A stretch of DNA of 57,700 nucleotides, counting the filler, from Basidiobolus ranarum (Eukaryota): assembly GCA_040143965.1 (NCBI GenBank). It is 5 parts of 5 records of this genome, joined end to end, with 100 filler letters (N's around TTAATTAATTAA, not from the genome) between each part and the next. Parts side by side here need not be neighbours in the genome. Positions count along the whole stretch, not along the records: positions 34,700 to 46,153 come from JASJQH010007487.1; positions 46,254 to 57,700 come from JASJQH010007488.1; 3 more parts are not named here. The stretch is one strand, 5' to 3'. The notes below the pieces were generated by a model that worked only from the letters and a program-made list of their open reading frames with translations, did not search any database and had not been told where the DNA came from. This document shows, piece by piece, positions 37,593 to 49,662 of this stretch. Position 1 is the stretch's first letter, and the number at the start of each line of letters is the position of its first letter. Both the position numbers and the translations under genes were made by a program.

Positions 37593-39568
37593 TTCTTATA
37601 GCTTCAGAGAGAAATTGCGCGGTAAAAGCTCCTCTTCTGGAGTATTAATTCATTATTGGTGGTTTAGTATGATTTTGAGTTTGCTTATAGGAAAACGAAA
37701 ATCTGATATTGATTGTTATCATTTGATACTAATCAATTTTTCATTCACTTGCCATTCCCTACTCAAACTTAGAAATAAATGTCTCTATATTGCTATCTTT
37801 CATTCTCTCTAACAGGTGAGGGTATGAACAGGATATGGAATAGCTTTATGGTTGAACGAATTGTAAACGGTCTAAACATTATTCTCTCTAAGGTCATTTA
37901 CTTCATCAGATAAACTCAAAAATTCCAGTGCTAAACTCAGTTTTTTATGATGGATTGAGCTCCTGATAAATCTTGTATTCATAACCAGGGGATCAGTAGA
38001 ATTAATACACGACACATCTTATATAAACCTAAGCTCTTTACTAGAGGAGAGAAGTTTTTACTCTCAGTGTAGAAATATAAAAAAATTTGAATCAGAAAAA
38101 AGATGAGCATGTTTGAGCATTCAAATTTACATCTAGAGAAGCAAGCATATGACAGCAGTTGTTTAGATTGAATATCTTTTCCTTGTCTAGCCAGGTGTTA
38201 CAATTATATTCTGCATTATATACATAGTCTAACTGACTTGAAATATTGCATTCGTTGTATTGGATTTGAATTTTGCAATCAAATGGAAAGAGTAAGTGAA
38301 ATCACTTCCTAAAGTAGAGTACTATGGATCACTAAAGGGAATTACTCTTCTAGTTTGTCAGGTGTTCAATTCCCATAAGAACTGGATTTTGTATTACAGG
38401 ACCATCCGTGTTCGCGTGATAAATGATGATTCTTACGAACCCGATTCTGTCACAATCGGGCTCGAAGTTAGTCACAAGGAGTAAAAGTGGTTTGTAAGAT
38501 GATTCAAGAATGCAATCTATATTTAGGGTTAGGGTTGGAAACTTCTGTGTTCAGATTTTTCTTGCAGAAACACTGGTCGCTGGTTGATGTTGAGAGCGAC
38601 AGTGCTAGTTAGCCGCGATGGTTAATATGCCGAGCCCACATGTCACTGGTATCACTACCTCGGCTAAGTATTGGACTCCCCCTTCAATAAATTTATAGCA
38701 ACTCAGTCACTATTGCTGTTTAATGTCTTGATGGGAGCTGTGGCTTCCCGTAATCTTTTACAAATCCAAGATTGGACTGCGTGATCATATGGAAGGGGCT
38801 TACAACTTCAAAATTAATACAGACACATGTTCAGTTGAAAATAGTTACTTATTGATTCCATTGAAATACCGAATGTTTTGTGCCAACGAAGGCGCAGCAC
38901 TGTTGAGAGATCCTATTTTAGGGAGGAACTGCTTTTTACTTACAAACAAGTGCACTCTGATTAAAAGTAATCCGACTATAGTGTCTTTAACATGTGTAGA
39001 AAAACTTGTATCAACAGCCCCAACTATTCCACGTTGTAACACCTTCACAATGTACAATACAGCTTGCTTGCAAATTGATCTGGAATCTAGTCCTGCATAA
39101 TCCATAGTTAAGTCGCTTATCCTTATCCTTTTACTAAAAAATGAAACATCAATAGAGCTCGCAACTATATTGCTGCCAGCTCCCATTGTTGAAGGTTGGA
39201 TACACTACTGTCAATTGTGATCATCTTTTTTGTGGTTGAAATGTACCTCTTGAGAGTTCTACTAACTAACGTGAATCTTCGATCACATTGAACTATGCCG
39301 GAATCAATCATTCCTTTGTACAGATGTGAGCAAACCCCTATACTTCCTATCCAATGGTAAGCATATCGATATTAGATTTATCGACAGATTCAGTTATTCC
39401 GATATGATGTTTCAGCAATGTGCATCTGTTTTGTTGCGGCATTGTTTAGTTTATTGATGTGAATTGTGATGGTAACGTAATCATGCATCAAAGTTCATGA
39501 ACAAAACTGGTTCTTCTTCCCAGTATTGCATCTATACTAAACTCACTAACCTTCTTTAACCTGTAAAT

Positions 39569-40194
39569 ATGACTTTACCTAAGAGAATAACAAAGGTTGG
39601 GAACCCAGTTGTCTTGAGTGGCAAATGTAAAGATAGAAAGAACTAAACTAGCCTTTAGGAAATCGAACGACTAATGGCTGAACCTGCACCGGGTATCTCA
39701 GCAACTCCACACGAAGATAACTTGAGATATTTTGACGTTGTAGTAGATGGACCTACTCCATCTCCCTATGAAGGTAAACAAATTTTATCACTGAACTTTC
39801 AACTGAGTACTAAATTCAAAAATACAACCAGGGGGCGCTTTTAAACTCGAGCTTTTTCTACCCGAGGATTATCCCTTGTCCCCTCCTAAGGTTCGCTTCT
39901 TGACGAAAATTTATCATCCAAACATCGATAAACTGGGGCGTATTTGTTTGGATATTCTCAAAGGTAAGAATGCTACTAAGTTTACTCGAAGAAACTCTAC
40001 TGATAGATTGATCAGATAAATGGTCCCCAGCACTTCAAATTCGTACACTACTTTTATCGGTTCAAGCTCTTCTATCCGCCCCTAACCCAGATGACCCCTT
40101 GGCTAATGACGTTGCTCAAAACTGGAAAGATAGTGAGAAATCAGCCATTGCTACAGCTCAGGAATGGACGAGACTTTATGCCAAAAGAGAATAG
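39569..40194 (+). CDS. UBC13: Ubiquitin-conjugating enzyme E2 Ubc13/UBE2N; exons 39569-39595, 39659-39773, 39832-39963, 40016-40194
   Basis: [31 protein letters not shown] and [29 protein letters not shown]. Confidence 0.97.
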
Positions 40195-41495
40195 TTGGTT
40201 TATCAATTGGTGACACTAACATTTATTCTTCATACATTCGTCATGTAATCACAAATGTGCTCAGTTACCATGAAATAATAAATTATTCGTCATAGTACAA
40301 GTAAATAACATGGTTTTAGACAGTAGCAAAAGTTGAACATTTTCTAAAGTGATTGGGCTCACATCCCGCGCAGACTGGTAATAGTCTGGATATATTGGGA
40401 AAGTGATGGTGATTCTGTCCATCTGCGCGGCATGCATAAAGCATGCTCTTGATACGCTTCACTTATTTAAGCAGCACGGTACACGTACACGTATGCTTCC
40501 TTTAGCTTGAACTGCTTGCACCACACTCTTAAACTGTAACCTTGCATTGATGGGAAAGTGGGAAACTCGTCGCTGTAATATTCCACTCAGAAAGTTAGGA
40601 ACTGAGTCGGTCACATTCCAATAGTGTGGGACACCTTCCAAGGTATCGGATTCTACGTGAGAAGGAAATCTTTCACCAAGTCTTTTCCTGCACAATTACC
40701 GAGTTTTTACAATGAATGAAGGTACATTGTAATTCCCAATGATTCTACCATTCAACTCATGATGAAAATCGGTTTCCTGAATAATGATATTATCGCATTG
40801 TACAAGTCATTCACTTCCGAACACCAAATATCATTGGTTGGTCGCTTCATGATCCTTTTATTAAGTGCAATCCGTATGTACCACGCGAGCTCTGCTGATC
40901 GCCCACCATTTTAATCCCATTCTCAGGATATACAATCCTTTGGAATAATGCTCATTTGAATTGAATTCACGAGTGTAAATATAGAGCCATCTCGGGTGAA
41001 GGCGCATATTTCCCGCTTCATTATCATTTCTATATGGAATATGTATTGGGTCATTGGTGCTTGGGAATCCAGCCCAACTGATGAGCATCCTTTTATTCAG
41101 CTGGGAAGTAATGTGAGGTTTTAAGTATAAGGGATTTAAGGTAATTTCTCATCACCCCTCGTTAGGTTTGGTGAGCTCCGGTGGAATGGCTGCAGCTGGA
41201 TGCACTAATATTCCTCCAGCTCAGCTGATTGAAAAACTATAAAATCCCATGTCTAACCAGAATTGTCACGAACTTGAACTAAAACTGGCGTGACTAGGGA
41301 ATCAACCGGATATCTACCAGTTGAGGAACAATCATTAAGTGAAGTTCTTGGTTGATCTGTGAATCGAGTGGTTTATAAATACATACTGTGAGAAATCCTA
41401 ACATAGCCGAAATTAGATAAAACTAAGCGGATTGATGCCTCTCTAGATACCAAGCTGTTCACTCCTTCCACTCTCCCCATCTAAAACAATACCGT

Positions 41496-43220
41496 ATGAA
41501 GGCCATATCGCTGATAACGTTGATAAGTTCCATCGCTCTATCGGTGGTCGCTAGGGATGTGGAGTATCCATATGCTATCGTTCATCAAAATGCCGAAGGC
41601 GAGTGCCATGTTGAGTATGAAGGCTCTCAGAGAAACCGTGTTCTAAGTGCCATTACCCCTGTAAATATGGAGAAACGCAACTTAATTGATGACCATCACT
41701 CTGGAGTGCACGTACGTTCTGAAGAATCTAGTTATGAGATTAGTGCCATTACCTCGGATTTATTGGAGCAGAAGGTTCAATCTGTTTGTAAAACCGTTAA
41801 AAGAGAAACCCTTCAGAAGCGTCAGAGCGCAGCCCAGGACGAGCTCATCCCTATCGTACAAAATGGTGATTCTAAAAATCGTATTGATGTTGTCTTTATG
41901 GGCGATGGGTACCGATCCATTGAGCGTCAAAGATTTGTCGACGACATTAAGCGCCTAACTGATGAGATGTTCGTTGGAAATACCTTTAAATCTTGGTTAC
42001 CTTTGTTCAACATCTGGGGCCTGTATAGACCAAGTGTAGAATCCGGCATTGGAGTAGGTGGTGTCCCTAAGAATACTGCCTTTGGACTTTACCGTGATGG
42101 AACCGAACTTCGTGGAATTTATTCTTCAAAGGTATCTGAAGCCAGAGCTGTCTGTAACGGCCTTAAGGGTGAGAGTAAGTGTGACTATCCCAGTTTGATA
42201 GGAAATGATGACTATTACGGAGGTCTGGGTGGTGAATTCATCATCGCCACGCGCTCACCAACCTCTGGAACTATTGTGCTTCGCCATGAAATGGGTCACA
42301 ACTTTATTAGTGTTGGCGAGGAGTATGATGGAGGCTCCGTATACAGCGGGGTCAACGCAGCCTCTTCTTTGGCCAATCTAGGCTGGAAGCATTGGGTGAC
42401 CGGAGACCTGAAGGAGCAAGTTGCAGCTTTAGTAGTTCAGGATTACTCTTGGTACAATCTTGCTAAAGGTGCTTACAAGATCAATTTCACCTCCAAAGGC
42501 GGGTTCAAGCGTTGGTATTTAAGTATCACCGTATCAGGTGCTGAGACTGATGGCTCATTCGAGGCATATCTGGATGGTAAAAAATTAGCCTGGAAATCGG
42601 CCGGGGTTTTGGATCGTTCGTTCTATAACTGGATAGAGCAAAATGCTACATTATCCAGTGGTAATCATGTGTTGGAGTTCCGCCAGGGAACTGCTCCTGG
42701 TAGCGGAAAGCCCATTAGACAACTATGCTCTGTAAGCATGTATGAGTATGCAGGTGAGCCCGATTTCCACTGGGACAACCAATACATCAATGCCTATCCT
42801 ACTTGGTCCGATACTAAACGTAAAACCTACCGGCCAACCAACGAGTTCTGTCTTATGAGGAACATGACCAGCGATTCGTTCTGCTCGGTTTGTAAAGAGG
42901 GAATGTGGCAACAATTCCTCTCCAAGATTACATTGATTGATTCTTTAACCGCTACTCCTTCCGGAAGCAATGTTAATTTCAAACTTAGCCCCATCCCATT
43001 AGCTCAATTCCGTAAGCAGCCCCTATCTGGTGAAAAATATTCGGTCACTTGGTCACAAGGTGGTCAAGTAAAGGCTGAACTCAACGACAAGTTTGAATTC
43101 AGTTTGCCTGCAACTTCTGCTAAAGGTCAATGGAGTGCGACTCTGAAACTTACTACTCTTGAGGTTCGTAAAGATACCAAGAATCTATTGACAGCCTCCA
43201 AAGCCATAACTGTTCAATAG
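41496..43220 (+). CDS. Secreted M64 (IgA peptidase family) metallopeptidase
   Basis: Signal peptide, NRIDVVFMGDGY, HEMGHNFISVGEEY zinc motif and CLMRN..FCSVCKEG. Intronless, with TATAAA near 41374. Confidence 0.9.
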   Translation: MKAISLITLISSIALSVVARDVEYPYAIVHQNAEGECHVEYEGSQRNRVLSAITPVNMEKRNLIDDHHSGVHVRSEESSYEISAITSDLLEQKVQSVCKTVKRETLQKRQSAAQDELIPIVQNGDSKNRIDVVFMGDGYRSIERQRFVDDIKRLTDEMFVGNTFKSWLPLFNIWGLYRPSVESGIGVGGVPKNTAFGLYRDGTELRGIYSSKVSEARAVCNGLKGESKCDYPSLIGNDDYYGGLGGEFIIATRSPTSGTIVLRHEMGHNFISVGEEYDGGSVYSGVNAASSLANLGWKHWVTGDLKEQVAALVVQDYSWYNLAKGAYKINFTSKGGFKRWYLSITVSGAETDGSFEAYLDGKKLAWKSAGVLDRSFYNWIEQNATLSSGNHVLEFRQGTAPGSGKPIRQLCSVSMYEYAGEPDFHWDNQYINAYPTWSDTKRKTYRPTNEFCLMRNMTSDSFCSVCKEGMWQQFLSKITLIDSLTATPSGSNVNFKLSPIPLAQFRKQPLSGEKYSVTWSQGGQVKAELNDKFEFSLPATSAKGQWSATLKLTTLEVRKDTKNLLTASKAITVQ

Positions 43221-43991
43221 ATCATTCATTGTGACAATCAGATCTGTGTATACAAGTGCATTCTCTGTAGCGAACTCCAATTGTATTGTATACCCAATAA
43301 ATAATATGTTAACTCTTAGTCGGACTTTCTTAATTTGGCATGTTCTGAAGTAATGGATAAATGGGATATATATCAGACATTAAGTGCTATGATTCCAGAG
43401 CTCGGAGGAAGCAATCCAGAGTCACCAATTAAGGTCGCTAAACTTACTAAGGGAAATAAGGATAGGTTGCTGAATGATCATTGTTTGTAGTCTAATGTGG
43501 GCATATCTTATTTCCACTTGGTTTCTTGCTTTGAAGCATCTAGTATAGGAGTTAGCTGACAAATCATTCTTGCACAAGTTGATCCTTGTTGATTCTCCCT
43601 GCCACTGCTAGCCCAGTATCTTGCCAGGATGTATATAATCAATCTGAATACTTCTTTATCACCAATTTGGTCAAAGTATGCTCAAGTTTTAAATTATACA
43701 AATGCTATTTAACTCATACTTTAAATAGATTCATTTAGCATTTGTCGGTTGTTTCAATGTCAAAATTATGGATAAGGAATCAAAAATTTTCAGTATCATC
43801 TTCAAACCAAGAGGCAATTTTGTGTCATTAGTCTACTTGATTTCTGTATCTAAGTTTGTAGTATTAAATATATAATATATTGCTTTACCATAATGATGGG
43901 TATTATTATCAGCCAGCAAATTTGTGAATGCAAGATCTCAGAGGTCATGCCATATTCAAGATGTAAGATCAGGTTTTGTGAGTGCTTTACA

Positions 43992-45109
43992 TGTTCAAGT
44001 ATTTGCCAGCCTGTTGCAAGTGGTTTGGAGAACTAGAGAAATTGATGGTTTTCACTTATTCATTTATTGAGTAGAAAACTCACATTCATAGTTTGGTCAT
44101 GATTTAAACAGACTAACATGTAGAGTCTGCTAAGGAAGGTCCCAGGAACAAGTGTGCAAAGTTTGGGGCTGGTAGCACAACTTTGAAAAATCTATTTATC
44201 TGAGAACTTCTAAGTTGGTAAACATTTTCCAAGTAAATTCCAATTGAGAATAATGGGTAATATCTTAGTGAAATATAAGATAGCTAAGTACTTAGCTATA
44301 CATGACTCTACAGATGTTTAGGCATTGCTAACTTTAATGCTTTTCCTCAACTGGACAGTCATATAACTAATCCTGAGGAAGGACTAAATTTCTCAAATAT
44401 CTGTCTAGCTAATGGTTTGGTTAATATATCAACAACTACGCCTTCTGTGGAACAACAAATTAAGGCTATAAACTTACTCTCCATAATCTCTCTAATGAAG
44501 TGATGTCTAATATCTACATGTATGCTTCTATTATGAAACATGGCACCTTTAGCTAATTTGATACAACTTTGATTATCTTGAAATGTTGTGGTTGGTGAAT
44601 TTTGTGAGTTACCTAAATCTGTTATGAGTTTTTGTAACCATATTGCTTCTTTTGCTGCTTCACAGGCAGGCATGTATTCTGCTTCTGTTATTGAAAGTGC
44701 AACTGTAGGTTATTTCTTTGTATTCCTAGAAATAGCTCCATTGCTGCAAAGAAATCAGTGTCCTGTTGTAAATCTCCTGTCTTTAAATTTCTTCACCAAT
44801 TTACATCTGAACATTCCATCAGATCAAAATTTGATCCAGAATAAGTGTATTTTAGCCACAGATTCATGGTACCTTTCAAATATATGGAAATTTGCTTAAT
44901 TGCTATGATTTGATCAGAACAATAATTTTGAAGATGTTGGCATATCACTCCAACAGAATATGAATATCTGCCCATGTTCCAACAATGATATACATCAACC
45001 TACTAACCTTAGATTAAAAAGGAAATTTATGGCCTTCTTTTGAATCCAAAAATATCTGATTTGAACCATTTTTGATCAAGTCAAGATTTATCTCCATTGG
45101 GGGAGATAC
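43992..45109 (-). mobile_element. Ty1/copia 3' end: RT C-terminus, RNase H, polypurine tract and 3' LTR (43992..44339)
   Basis: EAAKEAIWL, QDNQSCI, HVDIRHHFIRE and DILTKPL. Purine run TTGAGGAAAAG precedes an LTR of about 348 bp. Confidence 0.92.
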
Positions 45110-46029
45110 TGCTGAAATTAGCTTTGCCTAAACACCTATATAGTCATATATAGCTTAGTACTTGGTTATCTTATAATTTACTAAGATAGTATCCATTATT
45201 TTCAATTGGAATTTACTTAGAATATTTTTACCAACCTAGAAGTTATCAGATATATGGATTTTTCAAGCTTGTGCTAGAAGCCCCAAACTTTGCACATATG
45301 TTTCTGGGACCTTTCTTGAATCATTATGCATGTGAGTTTGTTTACATCTTGACATAACTATAAATGTCAACTGAATACTCAATAAATCAATAAGTAAAAA
45401 CCACCAATTCCTCTAATTCTCCAGACCACTTCCAACAGGCTCCCAAGTACTTTAACCAGTTATGAGCCCCAAGCTTGCACTCTCCATAATGTCTACTTCT
45501 CAAATTTATGGAACTTTTCCCTCTCCTGAAAAATTGGATGGAACCAATTATCAGGTTGCGAAAATTAAAATGAAAATGCTGCTGCAAGAAAAAGGACTTT
45601 GGGACACTGTTGTAGGAGAATAAAACAATGCAAAACTCTCTGAAACCAAAATTTTACTCCAAGTCAAGAAAGAACAAAGTGCCTTTAACACAATTTGTGA
45701 TAATATTAAAGACAAATTGCTAATTCAATGTTCAAGAGCTAAAACTGCCAAGAAGGTATGGAAAGCCTTGGAAGACACCTACCAAACAAGTTCTGCTGCC
45801 AACAAGATGTTTTTAAGAAGACAATTCTTTAACCTAAAGATGCAGCTAGGAGAAGACATTTAATCACTAATTAATAGGGTCACTATCTTGGTGGATGAAA
45901 TAGAATGCATTGGAGTACCTACTACTGATCAAGATATCATAGTTACAGTCCTAAATAGCCTGCCACACAAGTTTCAGAGCCTAGTAATGGCTCAAGAATC
46001 AAGAACTGAAAATTTGACCTTAAATTATG
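45110..46029 (+). mobile_element. Ty1/copia 5' end: LTR 45110..45458, PBS 45459..45469, decayed gag from 45489
   Basis: TG..CA LTR followed by GTTATGAGCCC. Gag motifs KLDGTNY..MKMLLQEKGLWDTV, TAKKVWKAL and VLNSLPHKF, with premature stops. Confidence 0.92.
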
Positions 46030-46153
46030 GTGCTTTCACCTTAGCACCAATCCTGGCACATCCCAAGCTAGACAAGCCATTTATTGTTGAAACTGATGCA
46101 TCTGACTTTGCTCTAGGAGCAGTATTATCATAGTTTGATGATGACAACTTGCT
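46030..46153 (+). mobile_element. Ty3/gypsy RNase H fragment
   Basis: AFTLAPILAHPKLDKPFIVETDASDFALGAVLS. Confidence 0.9.
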
Positions 46154-46253
46154 NNNNNNNNNNNNNNNNNNNNNNNNNNNNNNNNNNNNNNNNNNNNTTA
46201 ATTAATTAANNNNNNNNNNNNNNNNNNNNNNNNNNNNNNNNNNNNNNNNNNNN
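46154..46253. other. Artificial scaffold linker
   Basis: N44-TTAATTAATTAA-N44. Confidence 0.98.
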
Positions 46254-46532
46254 GGTATGGGCGGAGGAGGTGGTGGTGGCGGTGGTGGCGGTGGCGGAGG
46301 AATGGGTGGTCCTGGTGGTATGGGTGGCCCCGGAGGAATGGGTGGTGGCAGCTGGAGTGGTGGACGCTGGAATGGCGGCGGTGGTCATTGGATTGGAGGT
46401 GGCTACGGAAACAAGGGATCCAAGAGTGGTTGGAGTGGTCGATTCAAGGCCCCTGCTCCTTGGTCTCCATCCCCTGAGGCCCATCTCTATGACGCCGGTT
46501 CTTACAGTGGAGTTCCTGGCGCACTCAGTTAA
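46254..46532 (+). CDS. C-terminus of a glycine-rich protein, 5' truncated
   Basis: GGN codon runs with a variable third base, MGGPGG repeats, stop at 46532 and AATAAA at 46582. Confidence 0.7.
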   Translation, partial: GMGGGGGGGGGGGGGGMGGPGGMGGPGGMGGGSWSGGRWNGGGGHWIGGGYGNKGSKSGWSGRFKAPAPWSPSPEAHLYDAGSYSGVPGALS

Positions 46533-48737
46533 ACGGTTAACCAGCACTTTGGGTATTTCATTCATTTACACGTCATTTATGAATAAAGACCTATTTAAGC
46601 CCACATAGGAATATATCTAAATACTGTAATTTGCTCCTTACATCCTCGCGAAGATGCATGCTTCTAATTGACAGAATATAGGCAGTATTAGAAATACATT
46701 GGAAAACGTTGCTACTTAGCGAATATCTTGTAGTAGAAGATATATATAGACTCATTGTTGTTGCTTTCTGACGACAGTGTTAGCATTCAACTGTGATGTA
46801 GAGTGAGACGATTTTGTTTTCTATTATTCTTCCAAGCTAGAAATTAGATTCAAGTTACTGATGTAAAGATTAAATGTTAGATGTCCTTACCTCGCAAGGT
46901 AATGTTGACTAGAAGGAATATTCAGTGGGCATTTATGTAGCTAACTCTTTCATATATTCCTGGGCATTTATCCAGATTTCAGGTAAGAATATTGAATCCT
47001 ATGAATTACTACCAAAAAAATCTATTAATAAATCCAGAATGTCATAGAGTAAGATATGATTTTCAGAAATTACTGAATTGAACAAAAGTATGATCTAATA
47101 GAGATGTAATAATTTATTTTTCCATTCGGCGAGAACACTTAATCTGAGGGGGAATGTATTCAGTTTACATGGTTGGTGTACATCAACTCTTAATATGATG
47201 CCATAGTTGGAAAGTATGTAGCTTTCTAATCTCAACAAAACAGGATGTATCTAGAATCAATGGTATATGGGGTGAATCATCTGCTAGGTTTCAATATAGA
47301 ATCTAGACATCTGATAGTGAAGGCGGTTTGTGTCAAGAAAAGTTAAAGCTTGGGTTTATTTAATATTACACCACTGCTCCTCCAACCTCAAGTAGTAACC
47401 AATGGATACAAATCCTCTAAAAACCATAAATATCTGTACATTAGCGTCCAGCCTAGTTTAAAACTGAGACGGATGTTTATTCAGGGTTTTGATACTAAAA
47501 TAGTTGGTAGATCAAGAAAGCAACGTAAGCAATGAAAGCCTTGGCAATCCATTCATCGCAAGAATAAGTGCAAAGATAGTTATATGAAAAGGTGGAGCTT
47601 GAAAGTATCAACTAATCTAGAACAACTCGATGCCTTCCTTCAGCATGGATTTATCTCAACGCCCATCTTAGTAAAGAGAATTCTATGTTGATCAAGTTAT
47701 CAGTTATTACTAAGTATCGCCAATTGGCTTAAACTCAATATTAAGCACATAGTTAGTCAAACAAGTTCAAAAATCATTAATCCCCTCAAAGCATGTCCGA
47801 TCACTATTTCCCAAATAAAGCTTCCAGTTACACATATAAGGGAATGGAATATTAAAAAGACAGTCCTAAATATATCCGATCATAAGGCGTAAGCATACGA
47901 AATGTATGGAAATTATCTCACGCTAATCTCCTAATTAGTACAAAACGGCTTCGAATAACAATGGTGCAATCACTAGGACAGTAATAATTTGATTAGCTCT
48001 TGAGAATGACGACTTATCACCGTTAGTAACGCACGAATGAACTAGTATTGGTTTACCATAGATGGGGGATGTCAGTACTCAGCCATTTGTTAGATTTCAA
48101 GTGGTTTGTTACTTTGTATCTTGTCTAGATTGGAGGAGGCCAAAAATGACGATAATAATGGGGAATTATCTAGGATGACCTGATATCATCGCAGCAATAA
48201 ATTGGAGGGAAAATATTGCTAATTCCGATAATTACCGTCCTACCATCAGAATAGATCTCAAGTACCCGTAATATCTCGAAAAGCTTTGTAAATTCCGGTA
48301 GGGTTTACATTATTGAAATATTCTAGAAGCTTTAAGAACGGGTTCGCAAAATGTTGTTCAGGACTATATATCGTTTCATTAAATCGTAACCAAACTCTCG
48401 CTATGTACTGGTCAAACACCACCTCTATTTTAATGCATATTGAGCATTTGCTTCCTCTAACAAAATCCATCATACGCAAGTTAAACCAACTCCGTACGAG
48501 AACAAGCCAATTTGGGAATTGTTCACACACTATATGGGTTCCTGCGGAGATGCTTAACTTGGACTGAATATAATATTCTTGGTAGTATTTTATCGTAAGT
48601 CCCATTCACCATTTCCCTATACCATTTTTGACTCTGTTCAAATATGGAAATCTATAATTTAGGTGACTTTTAGACTGATATTTCTTATTTAGGTTATTTG
48701 CAGCAATTCTGAATTAGGTAAGAGTAATTACCAATTA

Positions 48738-48796
48738 ACGATATTACTGACGATATTACTGACGATAGTACTGACGATATTACTGACGATATTACT
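48738..48796. repeat. 12-bp tandem repeat (ACGATATTACTG) x5
   Basis: Read directly from the sequence. One unit is the variant ACGATAGTACTG. Confidence 0.95.
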
Positions 48797-48957
48797 CTGG
48801 GCAGGATGTTTCCTGAATAGCAATTGTTCTTGACATATTGGTATTTGGGCGGTATTTTGGATGGAGTTATGGCAATCAAGCTTTGTATCAATCGATAGGT
48901 ATTTAGCGCATTTAAATCATGCGATATTCTCAGCATTACTGATTACAATCACCAACT

Positions 48958-49030
48958 AGTGTAGAAAGAGAGCTGTAGGAACTATAGCCAGTGTAGAAAG
49001 AGAGCTGTAGAAACTATAGCCAGTGTAGAA
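48958..49030. repeat. 32-bp tandem repeat x2.3
   Basis: AGTGTAGAAAGAGAGCTGTAG(G/A)AACTATAGCC starting at 48958, 48990 and 49022 (partial). Confidence 0.95.
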
Positions 49031-49164
49031 TGAGATTATCTAGAACTTTGTTTATTTACAATGAACAATTTACAGTACAGTCATATTGATACATTAATAT
49101 GCCCTTAGTATCATCAACCTGACTAAATTTGAAGAATTACTGGAGTGAGGTACCGTTTAAAAAG

Positions 49165-49662
49165 TTAATTGAGTAAGAAATTGATCTCCATTCGCTCGGT
49201 AGATAGGTCATCATACAGAGTGCTATCCGCCACTAAACTGCTGATATTCATCACGTTGTCCAACATAGACCTTTTATGACTTGGATACAGGTCGGTATTG
49301 GAGTATGTAGAGAGATCAGGTAAAGTTTCAACTGAGTAGGTGGAGGTAGATGAGTCAGAATCACTGTCATGACTTTGAGATTTCCTCTTGCTTTGTACAG
49401 CTGCCGGATGATCTAATGCCAAATGGCGAGATATTTGATCGCTGCGTGTAAAGCCTTTTTTACACCCTGGTATAGGACAAATGTGTGGATATTCACCGGA
49501 ATGTATACGGAAATGCCGTTTGTAATTATCGCGACGTCCAAAGGTTCTTTTACATACGGGACATAGAAACTGACGATTCTTTTGGCTTCTATTAGACTTA
49601 ACTTCACGTGAAAAATAGCTGGGATCCATTAAACTGGATGTATAAACAAATCGAAAATTCAT
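49165..49662 (-). CDS. Two-finger C2H2 zinc-finger transcription factor
   Basis: CPVC..RRDNYKRHFRIH-SGEYP-CPIPGC..RSDQISRHLALDH, with TATATAA upstream. Confidence 0.92.
   Translation of the reverse strand: MNFRFVYTSSLMDPSYFSREVKSNRSQKNRQFLCPVCKRTFGRRDNYKRHFRIHSGEYPHICPIPGCKKGFTRSDQISRHLALDHPAAVQSKRKSQSHDSDSDSSTSTYSVETLPDLSTYSNTDLYPSHKRSMLDNVMNISSLVADSTLYDDLSTERMEINFLLN

Noticed and set aside
38845..39186. 113-aa ORF divergent from UBC13
   Set aside because: No recognisable domain, and a similar-sized ORF overlaps it on the other strand.
48958..49030. 32-bp repeats as a CRISPR array
   Set aside because: Contiguous units with no spacers, eukaryotic context and no cas genes.
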